Assembly (NCBI GenBank): GCA_043787975.1
Contig: JAYVUK010000007.1
Location: forward strand, 18,553 to 82,552
DNA: 64,000 bases
Direction: 5' to 3'
Source of the DNA: Bacteroidota bacterium
GTDB lineage: Bacteria; Bacteroidota; Bacteroidia; AKYH767-A; 2013-40CM-41-45
The notes under the pieces were generated by a model. That model saw nothing but the letters and a program-made list of their open reading frames with translations. It searched no databases and was not told the origin of the DNA. Of the stretch, positions 45,580-55,268 are shown in pieces. Within the stretch, counting starts at the first letter, position 1. Each line of letters begins with the position of its first letter. The position numbers and the translations under genes were made by a program.

Positions 45580-46713
45580 TTAAACTTTGACGGCAAATAA
45601 ATCTTTCAGCTTCTCGACAGCGTAATCAACTTCTTCCTTCGTGCTGTATTTACTGAATGAGAAACGAACCGACGGACGCTCAGGACTCACGTTTAAAGCA
45701 GTCAACACATGAGAACCGACATTGCTACCGGAACTACAGGCGCTACCACCGGAAGCTGCGATACCACTGATGTCAAGGTTAAAGAGCAACATCTCAGAAA
45801 TGTCTGATGGAGGAAATGAAACATTCAATACGGTATAAAGAGAATCGCCTAATGTATCACCATTGAATTCGATGTCATGAATATGCTCTCTCAGTTTTGC
45901 AACCATGTAATCTTTCAGTCCTTGGATGTGTTCACGATGTTCTTCCATTCCGGCATTGGCAATCTCCATTGCTTTCGCCAGTCCAATAATTCCGTACACA
46001 TTTTCAGTTCCGCCACGCATGTTGCGTTCCTGTGCACCACCAAAAATAAACGGGTGAATTTTTACCTTGCTGTTAATGTATAGAAACCCGACACCTTTCG
46101 GCCCGTGAAATTTATGAGCAGCACAGGTAACAAAATGAACATTCGTATCCTGCAGATTGAACGGATAATGTCCCATTGTCTGAACAGTATCTGAATGAAA
46201 AATTGCGTTGTATTTTTCGCAAATCGCTCCGACCTTTTTTATCGGAAGAAGATTTCCCAACTCGTTGTTCGCATGCATCAAAGAGACAAGAGTTCGGTCA
46301 TTGTCCTTTAGTAATTCTTCGAGGTGATCGAGTTTTACTCTTCCTTTTTCGTCGAGGTCAACAAAGCTGAGCTTAATTTTTTTTTCTTTCGCTAACTCCT
46401 CCAGTGTATGTAACACCGCGTGATGCTCGATGCGTGAAGTAATTGCATGTTTAATCCCAAGATCGCGAATGGTGCATTGGATGGCTGTGTTATTCGCTTC
46501 TGTTCCGCCTGAAGTAAAAAAGATTTCAGAAGGTGAAACATTGAGGCACTTCGCCACCGACTTGCGCGCAGTTTCAATTGCAGATCTCACTTCTCTTCCA
46601 TAGGAATGGATGGACGAAGGGTTCCCGAAATGTTGCTTCATCATCGGAAGCATCGCGCTCAATACTTCAGGATCGAGTGGAGTTGTTGCTGCGTTGTCGA
46701 GATAGATTCTCAT
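45580..46713 (-). CDS. Cysteine desulfurase (class V aminotransferase, NifS/IscS family)
   Basis: The N-terminus is IYLDNAATTP, the PLP-lysine context is SFSAHKFHGPKG-like (...AHKFHGPKGVGFLY), and the C-terminal active Cys is SGGSACSSG. Confidence 0.85.
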   Translation of the reverse strand: MRIYLDNAATTPLDPEVLSAMLPMMKQHFGNPSSIHSYGREVRSAIETARKSVAKCLNVSPSEIFFTSGGTEANNTAIQCTIRDLGIKHAITSRIEHHAVLHTLEELAKEKKIKLSFVDLDEKGRVKLDHLEELLKDNDRTLVSLMHANNELGNLLPIKKVGAICEKYNAIFHSDTVQTMGHYPFNLQDTNVHFVTCAAHKFHGPKGVGFLYINSKVKIHPFIFGGAQERNMRGGTENVYGIIGLAKAMEIANAGMEEHREHIQGLKDYMVAKLREHIHDIEFNGDTLGDSLYTVLNVSFPPSDISEMLLFNLDISGIAASGGSACSSGSNVGSHVLTALNVSPERPSVRFSFSKYSTKEEVDYAVEKLKDLFAVKV

Positions 46714-46786
46714 TCGTTTGTTTACGGTTTAAAGTTTACGGTTTACCACTTACAGTTTGCTTGTTCGTAAACTGTAAACCTTAAAC

Positions 46787-48196
46787 CTATTTCGCCATCA
46801 TGGCGCTAATCGTATCCTTAATATCAAAGATAATCTTTTCCGCCAGATTTTTCGCTGTCGTTTGCGACTGGCTTTCTGAATAAATCCGGATAATCGGCTC
46901 TGTATTGCTTTTCCGCAAATGAACCCATTCCTTATCAAATTCTATTTTGACTCCGTCAATGGTATTGATCGGTTGTTTTTTGTACTTCGTCTTTATTTCG
47001 TCGAGGATATGATCCACATCCATTTCTGCTGTCAGTTCAATTTTATTTTTCGAGATGAAATAATTCGGATATGTTGAACGCAGCATAGAAGTCGTCTTTC
47101 CAAACTTTGCAAGATGACTCAGGAACAAAGCGATTCCAACCAATGCATCACGACCGTAGTGAAGTTCAGGGTAAATAATTCCACCGTTACCTTCTCCGCC
47201 AATCACAGCGTGATTTGCTTTCATGGCTTCCACTACATTCACTTCACCGACAGCAGAAGCAAAATATTTTCCACCGGCCTTCTCCGTCACATCACGCAAA
47301 GCACGTGTTGAGGAAAGATTTGAAACGGTATTTCCCTTTTTATTTTTTAATACATAATCGGCAACTGCAACCAGCGTATATTCTTCACCGAACATTTCTC
47401 CGTCTTCACAAACCAAAGCGAGACGGTCTACATCAGGATCCACGGCAATTCCGAGGTGCGCATTTTTCTTTTTCACTTCTTTGGCAAGGTCACCGAGATG
47501 TTCCGGTAACGGTTCAGGATTATGAGAAAATAACCCGTTCGGTTCGCAATAAAGTTCAATGATCTGTTCAACTCCCAATGCTTTCAGCAATGCCGGAACT
47601 GCTATTCCCCCGGTTGAATTCACGGCATCCACGACAATTTTAAAATTCTTTTCCTTGATTGCTTTCACATCCACCAGCGGAAGCTCCAGAATTTTTGCAA
47701 TGTGTTTTTGCAGGTAGTTGGGATCGGTTGTATATTTTCCCAGTTTATTTACTTCGGCAAAAGTGAACGATTCATCAGCAGCAATTTTCAACACCTCTTC
47801 GCCATCTTTCGCAGAGATAAATTCTCCCTTATGATTTAACAGCTTTAATGCATTCCATTGTTTCGGATTGTGACTTGCTGTGATGATTATTCCACCATCC
47901 GCTTTAAAGTCAACAACGGCAATCTCCACGGTCGGAGTGGTTGAAAGTCCGAGATAGACTACATCTATTCCCATTCCTTTCAAGGTTCCCGCAATCAGGT
48001 TCTGGACCATTTCTCCCGAAATCCGTGCATCGCGACCGATAACGATTGAATGTCTTTTCGTTTTCTGAACACTGTTATTGATCAACCACGAACCAAAAGC
48101 TGCCGTAAACTTTACAATGTCCAGCGGAGTAAGATTCTCTCCGCTTCTGCCCCCGATCGTCCCCCTGATTCCTGAAATGGATTTAATTAGTGCCAA
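46787..48196 (-). CDS. glmM: Phosphoglucosamine mutase/phosphomannomutase family enzyme
   Basis: It has the phospho-Ser loop TASHNP and alpha-D-phosphohexomutase domain architecture. Confidence 0.8.
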   Translation of the reverse strand: MALIKSISGIRGTIGGRSGENLTPLDIVKFTAAFGSWLINNSVQKTKRHSIVIGRDARISGEMVQNLIAGTLKGMGIDVVYLGLSTTPTVEIAVVDFKADGGIIITASHNPKQWNALKLLNHKGEFISAKDGEEVLKIAADESFTFAEVNKLGKYTTDPNYLQKHIAKILELPLVDVKAIKEKNFKIVVDAVNSTGGIAVPALLKALGVEQIIELYCEPNGLFSHNPEPLPEHLGDLAKEVKKKNAHLGIAVDPDVDRLALVCEDGEMFGEEYTLVAVADYVLKNKKGNTVSNLSSTRALRDVTEKAGGKYFASAVGEVNVVEAMKANHAVIGGEGNGGIIYPELHYGRDALVGIALFLSHLAKFGKTTSMLRSTYPNYFISKNKIELTAEMDVDHILDEIKTKYKKQPINTIDGVKIEFDKEWVHLRKSNTEPIIRIYSESQSQTTAKNLAEKIIFDIKDTISAMMAK

Positions 48197-48307
48197 TGTG
48201 TTTTACTTTTATTTGTGATCGCAAAGATAATTTTTTTGTGAGAACTGATCTGATTTTTTGCTGAATATCTTATAACGAGTTTTAATTAACTTGCGCACGA
48301 TTTTTTT

Positions 48308-49411
48308 ATGATGAAACTAACATATACACTGATATTTTCAGGAATTATCTTCCTGGTTTCCTCCTGCAAACCGAAAGAGGAAAAAAAAGAAGGTTCAATT
48401 TCCGGAACGCTTCGAAATGCTGTAAACACGATGATCTATCTGGAGCAAATTGATGATCAGGGTGAACATATGCTTGACTCTGCAAAAACAGATACAAACG
48501 GCAATTTCAAGTTGCAGAATAAAGCGACCGAGAAAGTGTATTACGTCATCCGCACCGATCCGAATAACCTTATTTTCCTTTTGTTGAATGGAAATGACAA
48601 CATTGAGATTACGGGGGATGCTAAAAATATAGAAGCGACCTACACTGTAAAAGGTTCGGAGGATTCGGAATTGATAAAGGTGTTAAAATCGTATGACGGC
48701 AACCTGTCTGATTCATTGAACCTGGTTTATTCCACCATCCGGGAAACTTCGCCCCAAAAAAAAGATTCAACAGGAGCTGTTCTTCAAAAATACTATACAA
48801 AGAGAATGAATGTCTTTGCAGTTGATTTTATAACTGCGCATCCCACATCATTGGTTTCACTTTCCGCAACACGTTATTTGGATCAGCAAAAAGACATCCG
48901 GCTTTATGATGATTTACTGGCTTCTCTTTCTAAAGAATATCCGAATAATAAATACGTAAAAGATTTTGAATCTCTTGTTGGTAACCTCAAAAAACTCCCG
49001 GTCGGAAGCATCGCTCCTGAAATCAAACTGAAAACTCCCAATGGAAAGCAAGTTTCGCTTTCCTCTTTCAAAGGCAAAATTGTCCTGATCGATTTCTGGG
49101 CAAGTTGGTGTGGACCATGTCGAAAAGAAAATCCGCATGTAGTAGAGATGTATCGCAAATTCAAGAATAAAAATTTCGAGATACTCGGAGTTTCATTGGA
49201 TGATAACGCGGATGCATGGAAGGAAGCCATTAAAAAGGATGGTCTTACCTGGCAACAGGTGAGTGAATTGAAAAAATGGGATTCCGAAGTTGTGAAATCA
49301 TACCAGGTGGATGCGATTCCTTTTACAGTCCTTATTAATACAAATGGAAAAATCATTGCCAAAGGATTGTCCGGGAAGGAACTTGAACAGAAGCTGATCG
49401 AAGTGCTGTAA
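48308..49411 (+). CDS. TlpA-like thiol-disulfide oxidoreductase lipoprotein with a DUF4369-like N-terminal domain
   Basis: It has a lipoprotein signal (LVSSC) and a C-terminal thioredoxin fold with WASWCGPCRKE. Confidence 0.8.
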   Translation: MMKLTYTLIFSGIIFLVSSCKPKEEKKEGSISGTLRNAVNTMIYLEQIDDQGEHMLDSAKTDTNGNFKLQNKATEKVYYVIRTDPNNLIFLLLNGNDNIEITGDAKNIEATYTVKGSEDSELIKVLKSYDGNLSDSLNLVYSTIRETSPQKKDSTGAVLQKYYTKRMNVFAVDFITAHPTSLVSLSATRYLDQQKDIRLYDDLLASLSKEYPNNKYVKDFESLVGNLKKLPVGSIAPEIKLKTPNGKQVSLSSFKGKIVLIDFWASWCGPCRKENPHVVEMYRKFKNKNFEILGVSLDDNADAWKEAIKKDGLTWQQVSELKKWDSEVVKSYQVDAIPFTVLINTNGKIIAKGLSGKELEQKLIEVL

Positions 49412-49442
49412 TGTGATGATTTGAGAATTTGAAAATTGGATA

Positions 49443-52400
49443 ATGAAATTCAACCTTAATAATTTTTTCCTCCTTCTTTTTCACTTTTCAATTTTCAATT
49501 TTCAATTTTCAAATGCACAAACCTATTTCCAGCAGGAAGTCACATACACCATTCACGTTTCGTTGAACGATGTAACACATGAACTGAGTGCAAACGAAAC
49601 CATTGAATACACGAATCATTCTCCGAATACACTGAATGAAATCTATTTTCACCTGTGGGCGAATGCTTATAAAAATGAAAACACAGCGCTTGCAAAAGAA
49701 TTTTACAAAGCAGGTGATTTTCGTTTTATGAATTCAACAGAAAATGAAAGAGGATTTATCGACTCACTTGATTTTAAAATTGACGGAACAAAAATTGAAT
49801 GGAATTTATTAACGGATACCATTGATGTCTGCAAACTCAGGTTAAACAAGCCCTTGAAGCCGGGCGAAAAAATTACCATCACGACTCCTTTTCATGTGAA
49901 GATTCCATCCGCCATGATTTCACGACTCGGGCATCTTAAACAAGCATATTACATCACACAATGGTTTCCGAAACCAGCCGTGTACGATTTAAACGGGTGG
50001 AATTATTTTCCATACATCAACAAGGGAGAATTTTATGCTGAGTTTGGAAGCTTTGATATATTCATTACGCTTCCAAAAAATTATCTAGTTGGTGCAACCG
50101 GCGGTCTTGTTGACGGAGAAAAAGAATTGCAATGGTTGAATGAGAAAGTCGAGGAAACAAAGGCTCTCACAACCTATTCCGGTGCCAACTTAAACTTCCC
50201 TCCTTCTTCTTCAGAAACAAAAACGTTGCATTATCATCAATCCAATGTCCATGACTTTGCATGGTTTGCCGATAAAAGATGGCATGTTTTAAAAGAAGAG
50301 ATTGAACTGCCGACAAAGAAAGTTACAGCATGGATGATGTTCACCGACATCGAAGGTTTCTATTGGAAGAAAGCTCCCGAGTACATGAAATCTTCCATCG
50401 AATATTTTTCAAAATGGATCGGTGAATATCCGTACAACAATGTGACGGCTGTGGATGTGACCGACGCAGAAGGAAACGGAATGGAATATCCGTGCATTAC
50501 AGCGATCGGAAATTATGGGGACCCGTTTGAACTCGAAGTAACCATTGCACATGAAATAGCGCACAATTGGTTTTACGGAATGCTTGGCAGCAATGAACGA
50601 ATGCATCCGTGGATGGATGAAGGGTTGACAAATTTTTTAGAGACACGTTATGTCTACACAAAATATTCTGCCGATAAAGAAAAACAATTGGAAAAATATG
50701 GAAGGCTCGGAGGCATCTCAAAGCATTTCGGACTCGACAAATTGAATCACCGGAAGCTTCAGTACTTTGGCTATTTAATGGGAGCCAGAAATAATTCTGA
50801 CCAGCAACCGGAAACACCTGCTGATCGGGTTGCCTTTCCAAATTACCACGGTGATGTATATTATAAAACATGCCTGAGCTTTGACTTCCTGAAATCGTAC
50901 ATCGGTGATTCACTTTTTGATGGTTGTATGCATCGCTATTTTACTGAATGGAAATTCAAACATCCGCGACCGGAAGATTTGAAAACTGTTTTCTCAACAA
51001 CCTCCGGAAAGAATGCAGACTGGCTGTTTGAGGATATGATCAAAACGGCAAAGAAAATCGATTACAAAATCTCCTCAATTAAATCTCTCGATGACAAAAG
51101 AACATTTTCACTCAGATTAAAAAATACAGGAAATGTCGCTTCACCTTTATCCATCAGTAGTTTGAAGAACGGAGAAATAAAAAAAACCGAATGGATAGAA
51201 GGATTTAAAGAAAGCAAAATACTCAGTTTGAGTTGTGAGGACTGCGATGCTTTCCGGATAAATGCGGATGAAAAAATGCCTGAACTTTATCAAAGCAACA
51301 ATACGATTAGAACAAAAGGTTTGTTCAAAAAAACTGAACCAATCCATTTTCATTTTTTAGGAGGGCTGGAAAATGAAAATCACACACAGATTTTTTATTC
51401 TCCGACAATAGGCTGGAACAATTACAATAAGCTGAAGGCAGGAGCCGCTTTCTACAACATATTCATTCCCGAAAAAGAGTTCGAGTATGTGGTGATGCCG
51501 ATGTATGCATTCGGTTCAAAAGATTTAGCAGGAGGAGGAAATGCTTCTTACAATTTTTATCCGTTGAATTCAAAAATTCAAAAAATTCAACTGGCTGTTG
51601 GCGTACAAAGCTATTCGTATGCACATGATCAATACTTCAATTCCGATGGACTCTCCTCTACTTCCATTCTCAAATTCAATAAAATTGACTCACGAATTAA
51701 TTTTTTCTTACTGCCAGAAGACCGGACAGAAAAAATAAAATATCAGCTCACGATTCGGAATATTTTTATCAATAAAGACGTTCCCTATTTCTACCAAAGC
51801 AAACCTTCATCACAGAAAATTTCCATGTTCGAGTTAAGCTTCGACAGAAATCGCTTTAATCCAATCGATCCATCTGATTTTATTTTCAAAGCACGAGGAA
51901 ACACTAATTTATTCCTAGCCTCACTTGAAGAAAAATTTGTTTTATCGTATGGAAAATTGAACAAAGGCCTGGATGTGCGTTTGTATGCAGGAAATATTTT
52001 TTACCGGAACACGACTTTGCAAGGAGAAGATTACAGGCTGCAGTTAAGCGGATATCCAGGCGCGAACGATTACTTATTCGACGAAATTTTTTTGGGTAGA
52101 ACGGAGACATCTGGTCTTTCATCACGACAGTTTGTTGCGACTGAAGGTGGATTTGCAATTCCGACCTTCTTCTACCGACAGTCCGACAAATGGTTAGCGA
52201 CATTAAATTTAAAAACATCGTTACCGGGAATATTACCCATAAAATTATTTGCCGACTTCGGAACATTCGATCATTCGAATGACCTGACCACCGGTTCCAA
52301 AATTTCTTATGAAGCCGGAATTGAACTGGACGTCGTAAAAAACATTTTCACCGTCTATTTTCCTCTTTTCTATTCTGACGATATACAATACATCGTTGAT

Positions 52401-52493
52401 AACAATAAACTGGATGTTGGAGATCTGATCCGCTTCGAATTACATTTGAACAAATTGAACCCGCTTACGTTAATCAAACAAATCGAATTCTGA
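49443..52493 (+). CDS. Secreted M1-family (gluzincin) metallopeptidase-like protein
   Basis: It has a signal peptide and HEIAHNWFYGM...WMDEGLTNF, which is HEXXH plus a downstream Glu. Length is 1016 aa. Confidence 0.75.
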   Translation: MKFNLNNFFLLLFHFSIFNFQFSNAQTYFQQEVTYTIHVSLNDVTHELSANETIEYTNHSPNTLNEIYFHLWANAYKNENTALAKEFYKAGDFRFMNSTENERGFIDSLDFKIDGTKIEWNLLTDTIDVCKLRLNKPLKPGEKITITTPFHVKIPSAMISRLGHLKQAYYITQWFPKPAVYDLNGWNYFPYINKGEFYAEFGSFDIFITLPKNYLVGATGGLVDGEKELQWLNEKVEETKALTTYSGANLNFPPSSSETKTLHYHQSNVHDFAWFADKRWHVLKEEIELPTKKVTAWMMFTDIEGFYWKKAPEYMKSSIEYFSKWIGEYPYNNVTAVDVTDAEGNGMEYPCITAIGNYGDPFELEVTIAHEIAHNWFYGMLGSNERMHPWMDEGLTNFLETRYVYTKYSADKEKQLEKYGRLGGISKHFGLDKLNHRKLQYFGYLMGARNNSDQQPETPADRVAFPNYHGDVYYKTCLSFDFLKSYIGDSLFDGCMHRYFTEWKFKHPRPEDLKTVFSTTSGKNADWLFEDMIKTAKKIDYKISSIKSLDDKRTFSLRLKNTGNVASPLSISSLKNGEIKKTEWIEGFKESKILSLSCEDCDAFRINADEKMPELYQSNNTIRTKGLFKKTEPIHFHFLGGLENENHTQIFYSPTIGWNNYNKLKAGAAFYNIFIPEKEFEYVVMPMYAFGSKDLAGGGNASYNFYPLNSKIQKIQLAVGVQSYSYAHDQYFNSDGLSSTSILKFNKIDSRINFFLLPEDRTEKIKYQLTIRNIFINKDVPYFYQSKPSSQKISMFELSFDRNRFNPIDPSDFIFKARGNTNLFLASLEEKFVLSYGKLNKGLDVRLYAGNIFYRNTTLQGEDYRLQLSGYPGANDYLFDEIFLGRTETSGLSSRQFVATEGGFAIPTFFYRQSDKWLATLNLKTSLPGILPIKLFADFGTFDHSNDLTTGSKISYEAGIELDVVKNIFTVYFPLFYSDDIQYIVDNNKLDVGDLIRFELHLNKLNPLTLIKQIEF

Positions 52494-52495
52494 TT

Positions 52496-53269
52496 TTGGA
52501 AAAAGGAAAGAAAATATACTTCGCTTCAGATTTTCACTTGGGTGTTCCGACGTATGAAAAAAGTCTTGAACGTGAGAAGAAAATTGTTGCCTGGCTCGAA
52601 AGTATAGAAAGCGACTGCCAAGAATTGTATTTGCTCGGAGACGTTTTCGATTTCTGGTTTGAATACAAAACGGTAGTTCCCCGTGGCTTTGTAAGGTTGC
52701 TCGGAAAGCTGGCAGAAATTTCTGATCGCGGAATCCCGATTCATTACTTCACCGGCAACCACGATATGTGGACGTTTGATTACCTCGTAAAAGAACTAAA
52801 CGTAAAGCTTTACCGTGAGCCGATTGAACGAAGTTACAACGGAAAATCTTTTTACATCGGCCATGGAGATGGATTAGGCCCCGGTGATCACGGATATAAA
52901 TTCATCAAGAAAGTTTTTGCAAGCAAAGTTTGCCAATGGTTGTTTGCACGCTTACACCCGAATTTCGGAGTGGCGATGGCAAATTACTGGAGTGGTAAAA
53001 GCCGCATTGCAACAGGAACGGTTGACGAAAAATTTCTCGGAGAAGAAAAGGAATGGCTGGTGATTCATTCCAAGGAACTCCTGTCAAAAAAACATTACGA
53101 CTTTTTAATTTTCGGACACCGGCATTTACCGCTTGACATCAGCCTCACCCCGACCCTCTCCAAAGGAGAGGGAGAAAAAGAAAGTCGTTACATCAATCTT
53201 GGCGATTGGGTAAAGTATAATTCGTATGCTGTGTTTGATGGAGAAAAGTTGGAATTAAAATACTTCTGA
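52496..53269 (+). CDS. Calcineurin-like metallophosphoesterase, UDP-2,3-diacylglucosamine hydrolase (LpxH)-like
   Basis: It has the motifs SDFHLG, GDVFD and GNHD. Confidence 0.65.
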   Translation: MEKGKKIYFASDFHLGVPTYEKSLEREKKIVAWLESIESDCQELYLLGDVFDFWFEYKTVVPRGFVRLLGKLAEISDRGIPIHYFTGNHDMWTFDYLVKELNVKLYREPIERSYNGKSFYIGHGDGLGPGDHGYKFIKKVFASKVCQWLFARLHPNFGVAMANYWSGKSRIATGTVDEKFLGEEKEWLVIHSKELLSKKHYDFLIFGHRHLPLDISLTPTLSKGEGEKESRYINLGDWVKYNSYAVFDGEKLELKYF

Positions 53270-53283
53270 CGAATAAGAAAGTC

Positions 53284-53332
53284 AATTTCGGATTTTAAAT
53301 TGCGAATTAATCCGCAATTTAAAATCCGAAAT
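53284..53332. terminator. Perfect 21-bp inverted repeat between convergent genes, likely a bidirectional terminator
   Basis: AATTTCGGATTTTAAATTGCG is complementary to CCGCAATTTAAAATCCGAAAT, with a central AATTAAT. Confidence 0.55.
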
Positions 53333-53370
53333 CCGAAATTGTAACTAAGATCGAGATCGAAAAATTAAAG

Positions 53371-54774
53371 CTAGTCGCTTCCTTTCATGGATTCTTTCCT
53401 GCCTAACGCAACCGAACGGTTGTTATAAATAGCAGCCATGCGTTTGTCGCCCGAAAAAGAATATGCTTTCGCCAGGCTTTCATACGCAATGGTTGATGCA
53501 GGATGCATGTCAATGTTTAACTTCAATAGTTTGATGGCTTCATCGTAACGCAGATGCCGCAACAATGCTGTTGCAAAGCTATCCACATGATTTTCTGTTG
53601 CAGGATATTGATTCAGGGAAATCCGATCTGTGTTCCCGGTAATGTGAGACGCAATAAAAACGAATTCCTTCCTGATAAAATTAATCTTTCTCATAAAATT
53701 ATCATACGGAATAGTTCCGTCAATGAGATCTGTTTCATATGCTGACATGCATTTGTTTAAATACTCAAAAGCATTCACAGGTTTAAACGTTTTCCGGCTG
53801 TAGTCTTTCAGGTATTTATCACCCTGAACCAGGAAAACAGTATCGCCATCGTGGTTAATAATTTCATCAAAGCTCATCAGTGAAGCCAGTGCGATCTGGG
53901 AATAATTCTGAGATTGATTTTTAAAACGTCCACATTCGGTCTGCCAGATCTGCATGAATAAATCCACGCCGCCTTTTGACGGATTCAACTGCTCAATCAC
54001 ACAATGGACACTTCCCGCTCCTGCATGATACGCGTGCAATACGAGCAAACGAAACCATAAATCAGCTTCATTGTAAGTAATGCTGCGTTCGTTCAAATAT
54101 TGCTTTACATAGGCAACGCAAGATTTGTTTAACAACTTCGCAGCCACACGAGCCGCTTTTTCAAGATCAGTTCTGTCATCACGCGACCTGGAAACCTTCA
54201 ATCCATACTTGCGTGCAACGGAAGCCATCAACTGAAACGGGCCATTTGCACCGACATATGATTTCGATTTATTCTTTCCGGGACTCTCGATTAAGAGAAT
54301 CGCCTGTGCATAAAACGGATCACAGTTATTTTCGCAGAATACTCGAATCGCTTTGCTGACGTCAGGCAACACCTTTTTCAATTCATAAAATTCACTTTTC
54401 CCTGAAGTAACAAACAAATTTGTACCTGCATCATAGCAATACGCTGAGCAAACGCTGTCTTTGTATCGCGTTTTCTCCAATTCATTTTGATTCATCCAGA
54501 TAGAACGGGAAACCTTGTCGAGCGGTTTGCGGCACGATGCTACATTGATGATGCATGAATCGCTGTTCATGCAGATAATATCTTTCCAGAATTTTGCCTG
54601 CGCAAGCGTGTCCCATCCTTCTTTGTAAAGAGATGAATCGTTGACAAAACTAAGATGTGCGGTATCGTTATATGAAATCACCACTTTATTCACCAACTGA
54701 AATGAACCGTCAGTTTGTGAAAAAGCAACCGATGAATAAACTAAAAAAAGAAAAATAAAACTTATTCTCGACAT
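53371..54774 (-). CDS. Lytic transglycosylase (SLT domain) with an N-terminal signal and C-terminal helical repeats
   Basis: It has the SLT catalytic region ...ESPGKNKS...GANGPFQLM... Confidence 0.7.
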   Translation of the reverse strand: MSRISFIFLFLVYSSVAFSQTDGSFQLVNKVVISYNDTAHLSFVNDSSLYKEGWDTLAQAKFWKDIICMNSDSCIINVASCRKPLDKVSRSIWMNQNELEKTRYKDSVCSAYCYDAGTNLFVTSGKSEFYELKKVLPDVSKAIRVFCENNCDPFYAQAILLIESPGKNKSKSYVGANGPFQLMASVARKYGLKVSRSRDDRTDLEKAARVAAKLLNKSCVAYVKQYLNERSITYNEADLWFRLLVLHAYHAGAGSVHCVIEQLNPSKGGVDLFMQIWQTECGRFKNQSQNYSQIALASLMSFDEIINHDGDTVFLVQGDKYLKDYSRKTFKPVNAFEYLNKCMSAYETDLIDGTIPYDNFMRKINFIRKEFVFIASHITGNTDRISLNQYPATENHVDSFATALLRHLRYDEAIKLLKLNIDMHPASTIAYESLAKAYSFSGDKRMAAIYNNRSVALGRKESMKGSD

Positions 54775-54948
54775 CGTGTGAGACGTTAATTAAATAATAA
54801 ATGATTTCCTGAATGGATACGCGTAATCAAATACGATGTTAGTGAAAAAATATTGTGCTTCTTACAGTTTATCCGTTATTAATAAACAGTTCGGGGTTCG
54901 GAGACACTTTTCTCCGAACTCCTAACCAAATACTAAATACCAAATACA

Positions 54949-55248
54949 TCACAATCCGCGCATCTTTTCTTTATGCCGCACAATCTGGCGGGAAAGAGAA
55001 TCTACACAAAGATCAGTAGCTTCTTCAAAAGTTTTGCGTTGTTCTTTTGCAATGAGGTCATTGCCGGGCAACTGAATTTTAATCTGAACAATTTTATTTT
55101 GCATATCGTTCGCTTTATCCAGCTTGAGGAAAACTTCTCCGCTGATAATCTGATCGTAGAAATGAACAAGCTTGTCTACTTTTTCCTGGATAAAGTCAAG
55201 CAACTTACTGTCTGCATCGAAATGAATTGACTGTACTCTGATTTTCAT
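54949..55248 (-). CDS. hpf: Ribosome hibernation-promoting factor (RaiA/YfiA family)
   Basis: It is 99 aa. MKIRVQSIHFDADSKLLDFIQEKVDKL is typical of HPF. Confidence 0.85.
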   Translation of the reverse strand: MKIRVQSIHFDADSKLLDFIQEKVDKLVHFYDQIISGEVFLKLDKANDMQNKIVQIKIQLPGNDLIAKEQRKTFEEATDLCVDSLSRQIVRHKEKMRGL

Positions 55249-55268
55249 ATGTATTCCTCCTTTAAATT

